Source: Lingula anatina (Eukaryota; Animalia; Brachiopoda). Taken from it: DNA of 64,000 nt. Shown one piece after another: positions 61,847 to 64,000 of this stretch. The translations under genes and the position numbers were made by a program. A model generated the notes under the pieces. The model had not been told where the DNA came from, did no database searches, and saw only the letters and a program-made list of their open reading frames with translations. The DNA lies in the NCBI GenBank assembly GCA_051362555.1, contig CM120641.1, forward strand, positions 40,926,401-40,990,400, read 5' to 3'. Within the stretch, counting starts at the first letter, position 1, and each line of letters begins with the position of its first letter.

Positions 61847-64000
61847 GTATGTTGTCGTTTTGTGATCGTTTTTATAGCTTTACTAGGGGTCAGACATTTA
61901 TCATGGGGTTTGAAAAAGGTAGGAGCATGTTGTTTTTGGGTCATTTTAAAAAGGGCCTTTTTTACAGAAACTAAGATTTTATTTTTGTCACAGATTGTTC
62001 GGTTATGCATGTATTTTTTTTAGCAACAGGAATTAAGGTCAAGAAATTAAGCTACAAAACCTAGTTAACAAGTATTTTAATTTTTTCATGGAGATGAATA
62101 ACGGACATGTCTGGTTTTTTATAGACTTATATAATCTTATTTTTGATTTTTTAAAACTAACATTTTAGCAGAACATTTCGATTTATAATGGATAAACATT
62201 TAATTTTTAAATACCGTATCATGGAGCATAAAATGTTTCTTTACACCTTTTAATTTATTTGTCAACAAATATTTGATAAAAAGTTATTTCAAAATAAAAG
62301 CTATTGGAAATGCCAAGTCAGATAAAAATACAAATCAGGATCCCTTTGGAATCTTCTGGTATTCAAATCAAATTCAGTCCTTTGGTTCTAAACTGTTTAT
62401 AAAAAACTCTGTTCTGGCCTTGCACCTGTAAATGTCCATCATAACGTGTTCAAACATGTTCCCCAAACGTGTCCTTAGCTGACTCTGTTATGGTCTCTGT
62501 TATGAGGTTTAAACTTCTAGAGGCTACCAAAAACGTATGTAAACTGAATGTTAGAAAGAAATGCATTTAAATTATTTAAATTCGTATTATATTTGCTGTA
62601 ATATTTTATGTCTCCTTGATCTAAGCTGATGTAAGAAAAAAGAATGGAACAAACTCAAGTGTGATGTTTGAAATTTGGCCGATGATGGCCACTTTTATTG
62701 GAAGTCCCATTAATAAAAAGAAATAAAGCATATTAATAATAAACATTGAATAATGTTGATAGATGATATAAATATTATGTGTGCGCCAGAAGTATCTACA
62801 TTTAAATTATAATTCCAAACAAATAGTGCACACATTTCAAATTGTGGGGTTGCAAAGAGGCAAAACACATCAAAATTGAAAATGGCGAACGTAAAGTTAT
62901 TCTGACAATTGTATACACTATAGAGAACTTTGCATAAAGCAGACTGAAGGTTTTCCTTGACCTCCGCGAGCCCAAGGTTATGGCCTCTCTTCGTGGGTGA
63001 TTGTGTGTGTGGGGTGGGGTGGGGGTGGGGAGGGGTCCTCACTCACTCCCATGATGGTGCGTTATTTATCCCGTTCTAAGTTTGTATAAGCTCTTATTTT
63101 CATATGGATTTTTTTATTCCCGTGAGTTTTACATATGAATTTCCGAAAGGTTCACTGGACCGTCACGAACTTAAGTGATTCAGAGATTAAATCAGAACTT
63201 AGCCACTTCTATAGGCACAGTATAATGAATTGGTATTGCATACGCTTTATACTTCTTCTAAAAATACTGCAATTTATTTAAAGAACTCTCTGTGAAAGTC
63301 TAGTTACTTCATTCTTTTACGTATTTTGTCCTGGGATATTTTTTCAGTTTTCAGGACTTAGGTATGGGCACTATAAAACTGCCAAAATGTGGTCGTTTTG
63401 TCCAAGTAGTAGAATTGAATCATATTATCTACAAATCAGAGGGTCTAGTTTATCAATAAACGCACAATTCGCAATTAAAACCCCTTTGCCTGTTTGCCTG
63501 CCTTTAAACTAAGACACAACTGACCATAATGTGTGTTTGATTGACGGGGCAGGTTTAGCGCATACCTAGTTGGTATTTATACCAAGGCTTTCAAAAACTG
63601 TATTTATGTAGCCAAATGTTCACAAGCACAACGAAGCTCTGTTTTGCTCCAGAGTTATTAAGATAAGTCCATATGACTAAAAATTGTCCTTTATTAATGA
63701 CGAAAACTAATAAGTTACAAAACTGGGGAGATAATATAACATCCCCCAAATTATACAAGTGCCATAATATAAAAATAATAAAATATGTTAATGTTTTACA
63801 CAATTCAGCTACCAATATGCTTCCAAAAGGCATGGGGAAGAAGATTAAAGAGCAGTTAAGTAGGGGGAGGGGGGAAAAGATGGGGGGGGGGGGGAACAGG
63901 AGGCTAAACTGACGTACGCCGTCAGTACTTCATCACTAGTGTGTGACGCAAATGTAAGGCCATTGAATGGTTGCAATGGAAAGGCGCAAGTCTACCAAGT

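Noticed and set aside
63355-63460. cag|GACTTAGGT (DLG...) as the missing last kinase exon of gene E
   Set aside because: It would omit the beta7-beta8 strands, has no APE or alphaF motifs and stops after ~35 codons; the real exon is probably beyond the window.

Overview
AT-rich, intron-containing animal genomic DNA; the gene content suggests a marine invertebrate, probably a lophotrochozoan (inference). I rebuilt five spliced genes by hand from GT/GC-AG sites and reading-frame phase. (A) 503-9251 (+): 3' part of a type-I membrane protein with six C-type lectin domains from a triplicated 4-exon unit, a Thr-rich stalk, one Sushi domain and a TM segment. (B) 13255-32774 (+): a ~3500-aa mosaic receptor (signal peptide, mucin, 3 Sushi, 6 SRCR, CUB, PAN-like, TSP1, Sushi, mucin, 3 Sushi, TM) that shares its C-terminal module with A; its first Sushi domain is split by a ~400-aa mucin insert. 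(C) 33709-38830 (-): an ASIC/DEG-ENaC channel with a ~520-aa insertion replacing the knuckle domain. (D) 47379-51121 and (E) 55224->61846 (+): tandem DSTYK-like paralogs, each fusing an apparently intact dynamin/mitofusin-type GTPase to a kinase fold; D is a pseudokinase while E keeps the catalytic motifs seen in the window. Also present: a decayed minus-strand gene relic (~44.5-46.4 kb), a 2.8-kb long-TIR DNA transposon, a truncated LINE, several MITEs and a Helentron-type element. The strongest novelty candidates are the GTPase-kinase/GTPase-pseudokinase pair and the giant-insert ASIC. Exon models are unverified by transcripts and no database searches were run.
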